The notes below the pieces were generated by a model, which was not told the DNA's origin, did no database searches, and saw nothing but the letters and a program-made list of their open reading frames with translations. The position numbers were made by a program, and so were the translations under genes. A stretch of 64,000 nt of DNA from Candidatus Binatia bacterium (lineage in GTDB: Bacteria > Desulfobacterota > Binatia > UBA9968 > JAJDTQ01): positions 608,001 through 672,000 of the forward strand of contig OY762897.2 of the NCBI GenBank assembly GCA_963666515.2, written 5' to 3'. Positions 52,817 to 61,794 of this stretch are shown here, in pieces (position 1 is the stretch's first letter; every line of letters begins with the position of its first letter).

Positions 52817-53476
52817 CTACCATTCGCCGTTGCCCATCTCGATGGTCTTGCCGCACAGCCCGCCGGCCCGGTCGCTGAGCAGGAAGGTGGCCACACCGGC
52901 CACCTCCGGCACCGAGAGGGTGGCCGGCTTCAGGATGTTCAGGCCCACGTTGTCGCCGGCGGCCTCCGCGGCGGTGGATTCGATCCACGCTGACAGCGCG
53001 GCGCTGGTGACCGAGTAGAGCCGTCTTTCGACGCCGTTCCCCGCGAGCGGCCGCGGAATCATCCAGAGCACGCGGCCCCACCGCCGGCGCCGCATGGGGG
53101 GCAGGAGCGCTTCCGTCGCCGCCTTGAAGCGAAGGAAGCCGTTGTCGAGCTGGGCTTTCCAGGAGAATGCGCGGCCGGGTTCCAGCTTGGGACGCCGGGC
53201 AATTCCGAACAGTATGTCGATGGGGCCGAATTCAGCGACGACGCGGTCCACGAGGGCGGTGGCGGACGGTTCATCCCACGCCTCGAGCGGATAGCCGGCG
53301 GTCCTGACGCGGCCTCCCTCCGCGGCCTCGGCCGCGACTCTGCGCGCAGCCCACTCCTTGCGGGCGCACACCGCCACGTGGACGCCCTCGGCCGCCAGGG
53401 CGCCGGCCACGGCCCGGCCGACGCCCCGCGAGCCTCCGAATACCAGCGCGCGTCTCCCTTCGATGCCGAGTTCCAT
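52817..53476 (-). CDS. Degenerate SDR-fold protein, last gene of the MNIO operon
   Basis: FGGSRGVG Rossmann motif and GPIDIL; YSVTS instead of YxxxK; no NNAG; shortened substrate loop. Confidence 0.72.
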   Translation of the reverse strand: MELGIEGRRALVFGGSRGVGRAVAGALAAEGVHVAVCARKEWAARRVAAEAAEGGRVRTAGYPLEAWDEPSATALVDRVVAEFGPIDILFGIARRPKLEPGRAFSWKAQLDNGFLRFKAATEALLPPMRRRRWGRVLWMIPRPLAGNGVERRLYSVTSAALSAWIESTAAEAAGDNVGLNILKPATLSVPEVAGVATFLLSDRAGGLCGKTIEMGNGEW

Positions 53477-53508
53477 GAACTCAGGCACGCGAGAGCCGCA
53501 AGAGCGGT

Positions 53509-55308
53509 CTATCCATGGTGCGCCTCCATTTTTCCGCGCGCCGCAAGCGCGAGCGGACGCTCCCCGGTCAGGTGCCGGACCAGCTCCGTTTCCCTGCGCA
53601 CCATTTCGGCAAAGTATCCGTCGCCCCGGGCCAGTTCCGCGGGCGTGCCGTGCTCCACGATCTTGCCGTGACGCAGGCAGATGACGCGGTCTGCGTGCCG
53701 CAGCGCGGACAGCCGGTGGGCGATGACGATGACCGTACGCCCCTGAGCCAGCGTGTGGATGTTCTGCTGGATACGGGCCTCGTCCTGCTTGTCCAGCGAA
53801 CTCGTGGCTTCGTCCAGGATCAGCAGCGTCCTCCAGTGGAACAGCGCCCGGGCGAGCGCCATGCGCTGCCGTTCGCCGCCCGAGAGGAGCGTGCCGCGGG
53901 CCCCCACCCGGGTGGCGTAGCCCTGGGGCGTCCGGATGATGAACTCGTGGGCGCACGCCGCCCTGGCCGCGGCCGTGACCCGGTCCATGTGGCGCCGGCC
54001 CGGCCCCAGGGCGATGTTGTCGGCGATGCTGCGCCGAAAGATCGGATAGTCCTGCTCCACCGAGCCGACGTGGCCGCGGATCCAGGCGGGGTCGGCCACC
54101 GCGGCGTCCACGCCGTCCAGCAGGACGCGCCCTTCGGTGGCGAGGTAGAGTCGCTGGACCAGGCGGCCCACGGTGCTCTTGCCCGAACCCGACGGGCCGA
54201 CGATGCCCAGGGTCTCGCCGGGCTCCACTTCGAACGTGACGCCGCCGAGCGCGTCCCGGTCTCCGTCCGGGTAGCGGAAACGCACGCCCTCGAAACGGAC
54301 GGCCCCCTTGGGGGACGGGACCCTGACGAGGTGTCCGTCCTGGCGTTCGGTGGCCTCGTTGAGCACCGTCCCCAGCTCCTTCACCAGGCCCCGGAGCCGG
54401 GAGAAGTCGTAGGTGAACAGGCACAGGCGCATCATGGGCTGGGAGAACCGCATGTTCACCAAGTTGACCGCCACGAGCTGTCCCAGCGTGAGCTGTCCGT
54501 CCAGCACCATCGACGCTCCGAACCACAGCAGGCCGGCGGTGCCGAACCGGTTCACGAACTGGTTGTACTGGGTCATGGACTCGCGCAGGTTCTGGGCGTC
54601 CTCTTCCGACGATACCGCCTCATCCACCCGTTGGGCGAGGAAGGCCTCCTGGGCCTGCTCTCCTTGCATGCCCTTCACGGTCTCGATGCCGTTGAAGGTG
54701 TCGAGCACGGCTTCGTTGCTGTCCCTCCGGCTGCTGCGGCTCCGCCGGCTCCGGCGCTGCAGCGTGGGCATCACCACGAAGGCCGGGGCGACGTAGAGGG
54801 GCAGGCAGGCCAGCACGATCATGGACAGGGTGAGGCTGAAGTTCAGCATCAGGGCGAGGAACGCCAGCACGAAGACGACGTCCACGAACACGAACACCAC
54901 GGCGTTGGTGAGGAAACGGCGCAGGTGCTGCAGCTCTTCGATGCGGGAAAGGGTCTCCACCGCGGTGTTGTGGAGATAGAAGGAGACGGGAAGCTCCAGG
55001 GAGTGGCGGATGAGCCTCGAAAGCAGCGCGCGGTCCATGTCCCGCACCGCGCGGCGCAGGGCCTTGTGCCGGGCGCCCCGAAGGACCGCCTCGAAGGCCA
55101 GGAAGAACAGGAGGCTCACGATGATGACGTCGAGCGTGGCGGCGCCGCGGTTGGACAGCACCCGGTCGATGATGATGAGGAAGGCGAAGGGATAGATGTA
55201 TCCCAGGAGGTTGACGAAGAAGGACGCCGCCACCAACGGCCCGAACACGGCCTTGTTGTCCAGCAGGTGCCGGGCGATGGACCGCACCGTGAAGGTTTCT
55301 TCAGCCAT
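53509..55308 (-). CDS. HlyB/bacteriocin-type ABC exporter (TMD+NBD) without a C39 peptidase domain
   Basis: IIDRVL, GIETVKG, GQLTLGQLVA, GPSGSGKST, LSGGERQR, ILDEATS and IAHRLS motifs. Confidence 0.9.
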   Translation of the reverse strand: MAEETFTVRSIARHLLDNKAVFGPLVAASFFVNLLGYIYPFAFLIIIDRVLSNRGAATLDVIIVSLLFFLAFEAVLRGARHKALRRAVRDMDRALLSRLIRHSLELPVSFYLHNTAVETLSRIEELQHLRRFLTNAVVFVFVDVVFVLAFLALMLNFSLTLSMIVLACLPLYVAPAFVVMPTLQRRSRRSRSSRRDSNEAVLDTFNGIETVKGMQGEQAQEAFLAQRVDEAVSSEEDAQNLRESMTQYNQFVNRFGTAGLLWFGASMVLDGQLTLGQLVAVNLVNMRFSQPMMRLCLFTYDFSRLRGLVKELGTVLNEATERQDGHLVRVPSPKGAVRFEGVRFRYPDGDRDALGGVTFEVEPGETLGIVGPSGSGKSTVGRLVQRLYLATEGRVLLDGVDAAVADPAWIRGHVGSVEQDYPIFRRSIADNIALGPGRRHMDRVTAAARAACAHEFIIRTPQGYATRVGARGTLLSGGERQRMALARALFHWRTLLILDEATSSLDKQDEARIQQNIHTLAQGRTVIVIAHRLSALRHADRVICLRHGKIVEHGTPAELARGDGYFAEMVRRETELVRHLTGERPLALAARGKMEAHHG

Positions 55309-56086
55309 GGCTCCGGTCCCGGAGGTCGTTTCCGTTCACCAGCATGACGCCTTGGGCGGCAAGACTTTTGACGAGGTCGACGCGGGCGTGGTCGCGGGGT
55401 CTGCCGTCATCGGGCGTAAGCGGCGACCAGTTCGTGGAGCTTTCGAGCAGCGAGAACGCTTCCGGCGCCAGTTCCAGCACCCGGGGTTGACGCCGTCCGC
55501 GCGAGGCCGCGACGGTGAGGAACAGCGGCCGTCGCGACACCGGCTCACCGGAGCGCGCGGATTCGAACAGGCCCCGCACGTCGTGCTCGCAACGCACCAG
55601 CGCGGCGCCGGGGTGAGCCCGGTACCACAGGTCCGCCGACGGTTGCGGGCGCGCCGCCAGGACCTCGCGCTCCATGGCCGTGGGCCGCAGGGTGCGGGCG
55701 CGGGCCAGCGCCAGCTCGATGGCCGCCACGTCGGCGGCCCATGCCGGCTCCGGCGGACGCCGGGCGCTGTGCTTCCGAAAGTGGTCGAAGAAACACGCGG
55801 CGTCCGGGTAGCGCTCATAGGTGGCCGGCGGACACGCGGATGCAAAGTCCCGTATGAGGGCGGAGAAGCCGTGGCCCAGCAGGGTCGCGGTGCGCTCGAA
55901 CGTCTGGCGGATGCGCTTCATGCGCTTGTTGTAGGAGAACTCCGCCTCCAGCCGCAGCCGCCGGATGTCCATGCCCTGGAGGTCAGGGTCACGGCCCGCG
56001 GACCCGAGGTCCCGGGTGCCGAAGATGAACGCATGGCTGGTCAGGTGACGAAGCAGGTTGGTCTGTGTGTCAATGAGTCTGTGCAT
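55301..56086 (-). CDS. MNIO partner protein (DUF2063-like N-terminus, probable RRE-like C-terminus)
   Basis: TFERTATLLG..F..L..DF...CPP, AADVAAIELA and HPGAALV motifs; overlaps the DUF692 gene. Confidence 0.75.
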   Translation of the reverse strand: MHRLIDTQTNLLRHLTSHAFIFGTRDLGSAGRDPDLQGMDIRRLRLEAEFSYNKRMKRIRQTFERTATLLGHGFSALIRDFASACPPATYERYPDAACFFDHFRKHSARRPPEPAWAADVAAIELALARARTLRPTAMEREVLAARPQPSADLWYRAHPGAALVRCEHDVRGLFESARSGEPVSRRPLFLTVAASRGRRQPRVLELAPEAFSLLESSTNWSPLTPDDGRPRDHARVDLVKSLAAQGVMLVNGNDLRDRSHG

Positions 56087-56954
56087 GGTGTGCCGGCCTT
56101 TCCTGCCTTGCGGCCTTTTGCGTCTGGCGGCGGATTCGCGCCACGTCCGCCAGAAGCTCTTCGCCCTGCTCGAAGTCGTTGTCGCGCTCCAGGATCACCG
56201 TCTGCGGCCGCTGCCGCTCCAGGGCGCGCTCCAACAGCGCCAGCGCCTGTTCCGGCACCTGGTGGCTGTGGTTGTCGGCATGGAAGGGCGCGTCGAGGTA
56301 GGGCCGGTGAATCAGCGGCCCGCCGGCGGCGTGAACGCCGGTCACCACACCCGCGGGCAGTTGGTCCAGGAATGCGTCCGGGTCGATGCCGTGGTTCCTG
56401 GAGTTGACGAACAGGTTCTCTACGTCCAGCAGCATGCCTACGCCGGTCTCCCGGAACAGCAGGTTGAAGAACTCCGCGTCGGTCATCTCCGCGTCCGGGA
56501 AGTCGAAGACGTAGGAGATGTTCTCGATGGAGAACGGCACCGGCAGACGCGCCTGGAGCTGCTCGATCTTGGGGATGAGCAGGTCCGCGGCCGCGCGGGT
56601 CTTGGGTACCGGCAGCAGGTTGGCGATGTCGATGCCCGGCACTTTGGTCCACGCCAGGTGCTCGCTGTAGGACGGAACCTTGAGGTCCTCGATGGCCTCC
56701 GCGACGCCGTCCAGGTAGGTCTCGTCGAGGGGCGCGTCCGTGCCGATGGAAAGGCCCACGCCGTGAAGCACCAGCGGTATCCGGTCCACCAGGTTGCGGA
56801 TCGCGTTGCGCGCGTATTCGCCGCCCTTGATGTAGTGGTCCACGGTGATCTCCAGGACGTCGAATCGGTGCAGGTTGGCCAGCGTCCACCGGGTGATGGG
56901 GACGCGGTAACCGATGCCGATCAGGGGGGATGTGTCTGGTAGTGAAGTGTTCAT
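56070..56954 (-). CDS. Multinuclear non-heme iron oxidative enzyme (DUF692, MbnB/TglH/ChrH family)
   Basis: GIGYR, LEITVDHY, HGVGLSIG, YSEHLAW, IEN, LLDVENL, HAAGG, DNHS and LERD iron-ligand motifs; GGGAGG RBS. Confidence 0.93.
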   Translation of the reverse strand: MNTSLPDTSPLIGIGYRVPITRWTLANLHRFDVLEITVDHYIKGGEYARNAIRNLVDRIPLVLHGVGLSIGTDAPLDETYLDGVAEAIEDLKVPSYSEHLAWTKVPGIDIANLLPVPKTRAAADLLIPKIEQLQARLPVPFSIENISYVFDFPDAEMTDAEFFNLLFRETGVGMLLDVENLFVNSRNHGIDPDAFLDQLPAGVVTGVHAAGGPLIHRPYLDAPFHADNHSHQVPEQALALLERALERQRPQTVILERDNDFEQGEELLADVARIRRQTQKAARQERPAHHAQTH

Positions 56955-57145
56955 GCAGCCTCCCGGTTCGAGACGAGTCCAAGCCGTTGACGGCTGCCCG
57001 CTCGCCGGCAACCGTCGGACGTCCGTACGGGCCGCCCCGGCCGCGAGGCCGGGGACAACGCCCATAGCAATATTAATCGTCCGGCCGGACCGGAACTTTA
57101 GGATGGAAAGCGCGGGAGGCGCAGAAATTTAGCGGGACGGGACCC

Positions 57146-58156
57146 TTACGCCAGCTCCATGCCCACCACCCTCGCGGGGTTGCGGGTGCAGACGGTGTAG
57201 AGTTCGTCTTCGGTGAGGCCGAAGGCTTCCATGTAGCCCCGGATGAGGCGCATGGCTTCCACGGAGTCGGGGAACAGCGGCTCGCCGGCATCGCTGGACA
57301 GCGTGAAATGCTCCACCCCCACCTCGCGGATGGTGTTGTACATGATCTGGGGGTCGACGCCGAGGAGCGGCGACAGCTCGTCGAAGGTGAAGTTGAACAG
57401 CACGCCCAACGGGGCAAGCTGCTTCATCTGCTCCACCGACACGTCAAGGAAGGGGCTGTAGGGATGGTCGATGACCAGCCGCCGGAGGCCGGCGCGATCC
57501 GCCTCCTCGGCGATCTTGAATATCTCCTTGTGGGTGGGATGGCCGAAGAACAGCGCCACGTCGCGCTCCACGCACAGGCGGATGATGTCCCTGACCTCGG
57601 GCTTCAACTCGCCCGACTCGTCGAGGTTGTAGCGTCCGTGCTCCAGCGCCTTTTCCCAGGACAGGGGGCCCATCCACCCCTGGGCGTTCATGTCGTGCTC
57701 GATCAGTTCCCGGCGGCTGCCCACGATATGCATGGTGTTGGCGTGATTGAACACCGGCAGCCACAGCGCGACGACCCCGCCGTCGATGGCCTTCTCGGCC
57801 AACTCGGCCGACACCGGGTCGTCGTTCCTCCCGCACACGAAGCCGGGAAACAGCGCCACCGGCGCGACGCCCTCCTGAGCGGCCCACGCGTCCAGTTGCT
57901 CCTGCAGCTCGCGGACCGCCTTGCCGGCGTTGCCGACGATGGACTTGAACAGGATGCCCTTCATCTCGGCGCGTGAAGCCTTCTTCACCAGGTCCAGGGC
58001 GTCCTGCTGACCCGCGTGGGCGTGGGCGTGGATGTCGATGGCGTCCTTGACCTTGATGTGGCCGGGATGGACCACGCCGGGCTTGTACTGGGTGCGCGCC
58101 GCGTAGGAGGTGACGCAGCGTTCCTGGGTCGGGGTCGAGACCACGTTCTCGCTCAT
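57146..58156 (-). CDS. Amidohydrolase-fold/DUF6282-like metal-binding protein
   Basis: IDIHAHA, ILFKS, WLPV, FFGHP, VIDHP, LSSDAG and NPARVVG motifs. Confidence 0.75.
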   Translation of the reverse strand: MSENVVSTPTQERCVTSYAARTQYKPGVVHPGHIKVKDAIDIHAHAHAGQQDALDLVKKASRAEMKGILFKSIVGNAGKAVRELQEQLDAWAAQEGVAPVALFPGFVCGRNDDPVSAELAEKAIDGGVVALWLPVFNHANTMHIVGSRRELIEHDMNAQGWMGPLSWEKALEHGRYNLDESGELKPEVRDIIRLCVERDVALFFGHPTHKEIFKIAEEADRAGLRRLVIDHPYSPFLDVSVEQMKQLAPLGVLFNFTFDELSPLLGVDPQIMYNTIREVGVEHFTLSSDAGEPLFPDSVEAMRLIRGYMEAFGLTEDELYTVCTRNPARVVGMELA

Positions 58157-58238
58157 CGTTCGTCTCCCTTCTCTGTTGGTCGAGTTCGGAGGACGGGAGG
58201 GCGGCAGACGCCGCTTGCCTGCACCGTGTTTCGATTCC

Positions 58239-58292
58239 ATAGTAGACTCTCGAAACCCGAAACGAAAGAGAGGGCATGAACTTCGCCGGCCT
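58239..58292 (+). repeat. Duplicated segment (copy 1): promoter-like repeat plus vestige of an LLM gene
   Basis: 58239-58275 matches 62250-62284 (29 of the first 32 bases); 58275-58292 is identical to 63188-63205. Confidence 0.8.
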
Positions 58293-58319
58293 GAACGCCC
58301 GCTGGCGAGGACGGCACCC

Positions 58320-59360
58320 ATGTTCGAGACGCTCGGATTCCAGCACGTCACTCCGCTCCAGGCATCCGTGGTCCTGGGTCTTGTGCTCGGCGCCTTCTAC
58401 GGCGTGCTCGCCCAGCGCAGCCGGTTCTGCCTCCGTCGCGGCCTGGTGGGAGACTGGGACGAATGCCTGCCCGCGCTCGGCGTCTGGGTCATGGGCTTGG
58501 CAATGGCGATTGCCGGCACCCAGGGAGCGGCGGCCGCGGGTGTGATCTCCTTCGACGCGCACCGCTTCCTCGCTCCCGACCTTCCCGTCGTTTCGGTGCT
58601 GTTGGGCGGCGCGCTGTTCGGCGCCGGCATGGTGCTCAGCGGCGGCTGCGTCTCCCGTCTCACGGTTCTCGCCGGCTCCGGCAACCTGCGGTCGGCTCTC
58701 GTGCTGGTGGTCTTTTCGGTCGTTGCCTACGCGACCATGAAGGGGGTGCTGGCGCCGTTGCGCACGACGCTCGGCGGGTGGAGCGTGGATCCCGGCGGCA
58801 CGGTCGCGCTGACCGCGTTGCCTGGCGGGGCGGTCTGGCCTTGGGGCTTGGCGCTCGCCGCAACGGTGCTGGCGCTGCGCTCCGGCGCGTCGCCGCGCCA
58901 CTTGGTGATGGCCGCGGCGATCGGCCTCCTGGTGCCGCTGGGATGGGTCGGGACCGGCTTCGTCCTGCTGGACGACTTCGATCCGGTGCCGCTGCAGTCC
59001 CTGGGATTCACCGGGCCCATGGCCGACACCCTGTTCTGGACCATGGCGGCCACGGCAATTCCCGCGGGGTTCGGCACCGGCCTTGCCGCCGGCGTATTCA
59101 CGGGTAGTCTCGCCGCCTCCGTGTGCGCGGGAGAGTTCCGCTGGAGCAGCCTGGAAGGGCCGCGGCAGACCGGCCGCTACATGGCGGGCGCCGCGCTGAT
59201 GGGAACCGGCGGCGTCCTGGCCGGCGGGTGTACCGTGGGGGCCGGATTGTCCGGCGTGTCGACCGCGAGCCTTGCCGCCATCCTGGCGCTCACGGCCATG
59301 GTTGTGTCGGCGAGAATGACGGGAAGGCTTCTCTCTGAAGAGACGCGGACAGGCCCGTGA
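58320..59360 (+). CDS. YeeE/YedE (SoxT-like) sulfur-compound transporter
   Basis: QRSRFC, GMVLSGGCVSR and GGVLAGGCTVGAG conserved-Cys motifs; sox context. Confidence 0.88.
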   Translation: MFETLGFQHVTPLQASVVLGLVLGAFYGVLAQRSRFCLRRGLVGDWDECLPALGVWVMGLAMAIAGTQGAAAAGVISFDAHRFLAPDLPVVSVLLGGALFGAGMVLSGGCVSRLTVLAGSGNLRSALVLVVFSVVAYATMKGVLAPLRTTLGGWSVDPGGTVALTALPGGAVWPWGLALAATVLALRSGASPRHLVMAAAIGLLVPLGWVGTGFVLLDDFDPVPLQSLGFTGPMADTLFWTMAATAIPAGFGTGLAAGVFTGSLAASVCAGEFRWSSLEGPRQTGRYMAGAALMGTGGVLAGGCTVGAGLSGVSTASLAAILALTAMVVSARMTGRLLSEETRTGP

Positions 59361-59371
59361 GGGCCCGTCCG
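59346..59371. terminator. Hairpin between the convergent yeeE and soxF genes
   Basis: cggacaggccc-gtga-gggcccgtccg with one mismatch. Confidence 0.4.
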
Positions 59372-59382
59372 CTGCCTCGCCA

Positions 59383-60684
59383 CTACCCGAAAATGTCCTT
59401 GGAGAAGCCCGCGTACCAGCCGAGCGACTCCTCGTAGGTCGCCTTGCGCAGTTCCGCGCTCTCTCCGGTCTTCGAGATGAAGCCGTCGGTCTTGGCGATC
59501 TTCTCGTCGGTGGCCTTGTAGGAAGCGCCGACCTTCACCCCGTCGTCGGTTCCGATGAGCGACCAGCAGGTGTTGGAGAAGCGCGCCGGGAACACCTTGG
59601 ACTTCGTCAGCGCCCCGCGCACCGCCATGGCGCACACCTTGGCCTGGCTGTTGGCGGAGAACCCGGACTTGGGCATGTCCCCCTGCTGCGACGCGTCGCC
59701 GAGCACGTGGATGTTCTCGTCCGCCCGGCTCTGCATGGTGTGCGGCACCACCGGCACCCAGCCGGCCTTGTTGGTGATGCCCGCCACCGCGGCGATGCGT
59801 CCCGCCTGCTGGGCCGGGATGACGTTGCAGACGTCCACCTTGGTCACCTCGCCGTCGATCACCACCTCCATGGAACCGGGCCGCACCTCGACCTTGTTGC
59901 CGCCGAAGTCCGGGCCGACCCGCTCGACCATGCCCGGGTAGAGGCGCTGCCAGCCGTCCTCGAAAAGCCCCTGCTTGGAGAACTTCGCCTTCGGGTCCAC
60001 GATCAGGATCTTCGCCGTCGGGTTCGACTGCTTCAGCGTGTGGGCGACCATCGAGATGCGCTCGTACGGCCCCGGCGGGCAGCGGAATGGGTTCGGCGGC
60101 GCCACCATGCAGTAGACCCCGCCCTTCCGCATCGCCGCCACCTGCGCCTTGAGGAGCTGCGTCTGCGAGCCCGCCTTGTAGGCGTGGGGCATGCGGTTCT
60201 GTTGCGACAGGTCCCAGCCGGGCACCGAGCCCGGACGGAAGTCGATGCCCGGCGACAGCACCAACCGGTCGTAGGCGAGGCTGCCGCCGCCGGCGAGCCC
60301 TACGGTCTTCTTGTCGCGGTCGACGGAGACGGCCCAGTCGTGAACGACGTTGATGCCGTAGGCGGCCGCGAGGGTTCCATAGCTGTGACCGAGGGACTCG
60401 AACTCGCGGAAGCCGCCGAGGTAGAGGTTCGAGAAGAAGCACGAATAGTAGCGCCGGGTGGGCTCCACAAGGATCACGTCCACGGCGCCCTTCGAGTCCT
60501 TGGCGATGTAGCGCGCGGCCGTGGCGCCGCCGGCGCCGCCGCCGATCACCACCACCCGCGGGTGGCTCTTGCCGAGGACGGGTCCCGCCCACAGGGCCGC
60601 CGATGCCGCGACCGTCGATGCCAGGAAGCGGCGCCTGCTTATGCCGCGGGTTTCAATCTTCTGGTTTTCACTCTCCTTTTTCAT
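59383..60684 (-). CDS. soxF: Flavocytochrome c sulfide dehydrogenase flavoprotein (SoxF/FccB)
   Basis: Tat signal SRRRFL; GGGAGG, CFFSNLY, RCPPGPYER, MPKSGFSANSQ and NTCWS motifs. Confidence 0.93.
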   Translation of the reverse strand: MKKESENQKIETRGISRRRFLASTVAASAALWAGPVLGKSHPRVVVIGGGAGGATAARYIAKDSKGAVDVILVEPTRRYYSCFFSNLYLGGFREFESLGHSYGTLAAAYGINVVHDWAVSVDRDKKTVGLAGGGSLAYDRLVLSPGIDFRPGSVPGWDLSQQNRMPHAYKAGSQTQLLKAQVAAMRKGGVYCMVAPPNPFRCPPGPYERISMVAHTLKQSNPTAKILIVDPKAKFSKQGLFEDGWQRLYPGMVERVGPDFGGNKVEVRPGSMEVVIDGEVTKVDVCNVIPAQQAGRIAAVAGITNKAGWVPVVPHTMQSRADENIHVLGDASQQGDMPKSGFSANSQAKVCAMAVRGALTKSKVFPARFSNTCWSLIGTDDGVKVGASYKATDEKIAKTDGFISKTGESAELRKATYEESLGWYAGFSKDIFG

Positions 60685-60700
60685 GATGGCTCTCCTTTTT

Positions 60701-61423
60701 TCAGGGACCGGTGAGCGGTCTGCCGAAATACACGGCCAATGAGGCGATCTCTTCGTCGGACAAACGCTTGGCGATGGTCTGCATGGCCTGATGCCGCCGT
60801 TTGCCATGCTTGTACGCTTGAAGGGTTATCACGAAGTCCTCGACCGGCCAACCGATGATGGAGGGTATGCCCTCATCGGCGCCGTCGGGCCGGTGACAGG
60901 TGGTGCATTCGCTGGCGAGATAGGCGCCGTACTCGGGGTCGCCCGCGATGGCGAGGAGCCGCGGGTCGAGGCCGAACTCGGCGACGGTCATGGTGGGTTC
61001 CGCGGCCGGAAGCCCGGCCCGGGTCGCCGAAAGGGCGCGCAGCCACGCCAGCAGATCCGCCCGGTCGCCGGCCGCCGTCATCCCCGCGTAGCTCATGCGC
61101 GAGCGCGGCACCAGTTTCCGGGGGTTGGCCACGAAGGCGTCCAGGGTCGCCTCGGTCCACACCAGCCCGCCGGCCCCGGCCTTCTTCATGGCCGGGGAAT
61201 AGCGGAACTTCGGAAGCGAGCCGGCGCGGCGGCCGAACACGTCATTGAGGTGGGGGCCGATCCGGTGCTTCGCGCCGCGGCCGGCCTGGTGGCAGCGCTT
61301 GCACTCCTGGTAGAGCGCCTTGCCGCGTTGTGCGTCCGCGCCCAAGGCTCCGGTGGCCACAAGGACCGCGAGAAGCACCAGCGCAAGCATCGCGAAACCC
61401 GCGGGTTTCGTGATGCGCGTCAT
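60701..61423 (-). CDS. soxE: Dihaem cytochrome c (SoxE)
   Basis: Signal peptide; CKRCH (c2-like domain) and CTTCH; GDPEYGAYLASEC. Confidence 0.85.
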   Translation of the reverse strand: MTRITKPAGFAMLALVLLAVLVATGALGADAQRGKALYQECKRCHQAGRGAKHRIGPHLNDVFGRRAGSLPKFRYSPAMKKAGAGGLVWTEATLDAFVANPRKLVPRSRMSYAGMTAAGDRADLLAWLRALSATRAGLPAAEPTMTVAEFGLDPRLLAIAGDPEYGAYLASECTTCHRPDGADEGIPSIIGWPVEDFVITLQAYKHGKRRHQAMQTIAKRLSDEEIASLAVYFGRPLTGP

Positions 61424-61445
61424 CCGGCGCCGGGGTTGGGGAGGG

Positions 61446-61775
61446 TCACGACCGGACCTCGATGCGCCTGCTGAGGCGGTATACCGAGCCGTCGTCATCC
61501 TGCCATTCGAATTCCATCTCGCCCGACTCCCGGACGGCCATCTCGAACTGGATGTAGGGATCGGTGGACACCGCAGGCTCCAGGTCCACGGAGATCGCAT
61601 CTTCGCCATTGTAGCGGGCCGTGAACCGGTTGATGATCCGGCGCGGAATGAGCTTCCCGTCACGGCCGGGGCGGAGCCCGGTGTGCATGGGATGGGTGAT
61701 GCGGGTCCTGACGGTGAAGGGGACTCCCGCGGACACGGACTTCGGCAACTTCACGCGCGGCCTGGGTTTCTGCAT
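61446..61775 (-). CDS. soxZ: Sulfur carrier subunit SoxZ
   Basis: HPMHTGLR, IPRRII, AVSTDPYIQF and WQDDDG motifs. Confidence 0.92.
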   Translation of the reverse strand: MQKPRPRVKLPKSVSAGVPFTVRTRITHPMHTGLRPGRDGKLIPRRIINRFTARYNGEDAISVDLEPAVSTDPYIQFEMAVRESGEMEFEWQDDDGSVYRLSRRIEVRS

Positions 61776-61794
61776 TCCATCCTCCCGGAGACCG

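Noticed and set aside
56951-57070. Short TTG-started ORF or the 37-aa in-frame extension upstream of the MNIO as the precursor peptide
   Set aside because: No RBS, no signal or leader features, no Cys-repeat motif, and the ATG at 56954 has a good GGGAGG RBS.
57092-57098. GGAACTT as a sigmaE -35 box for the MNIO operon
   Set aside because: It is on the wrong strand for the operon and has no matching -10 element.
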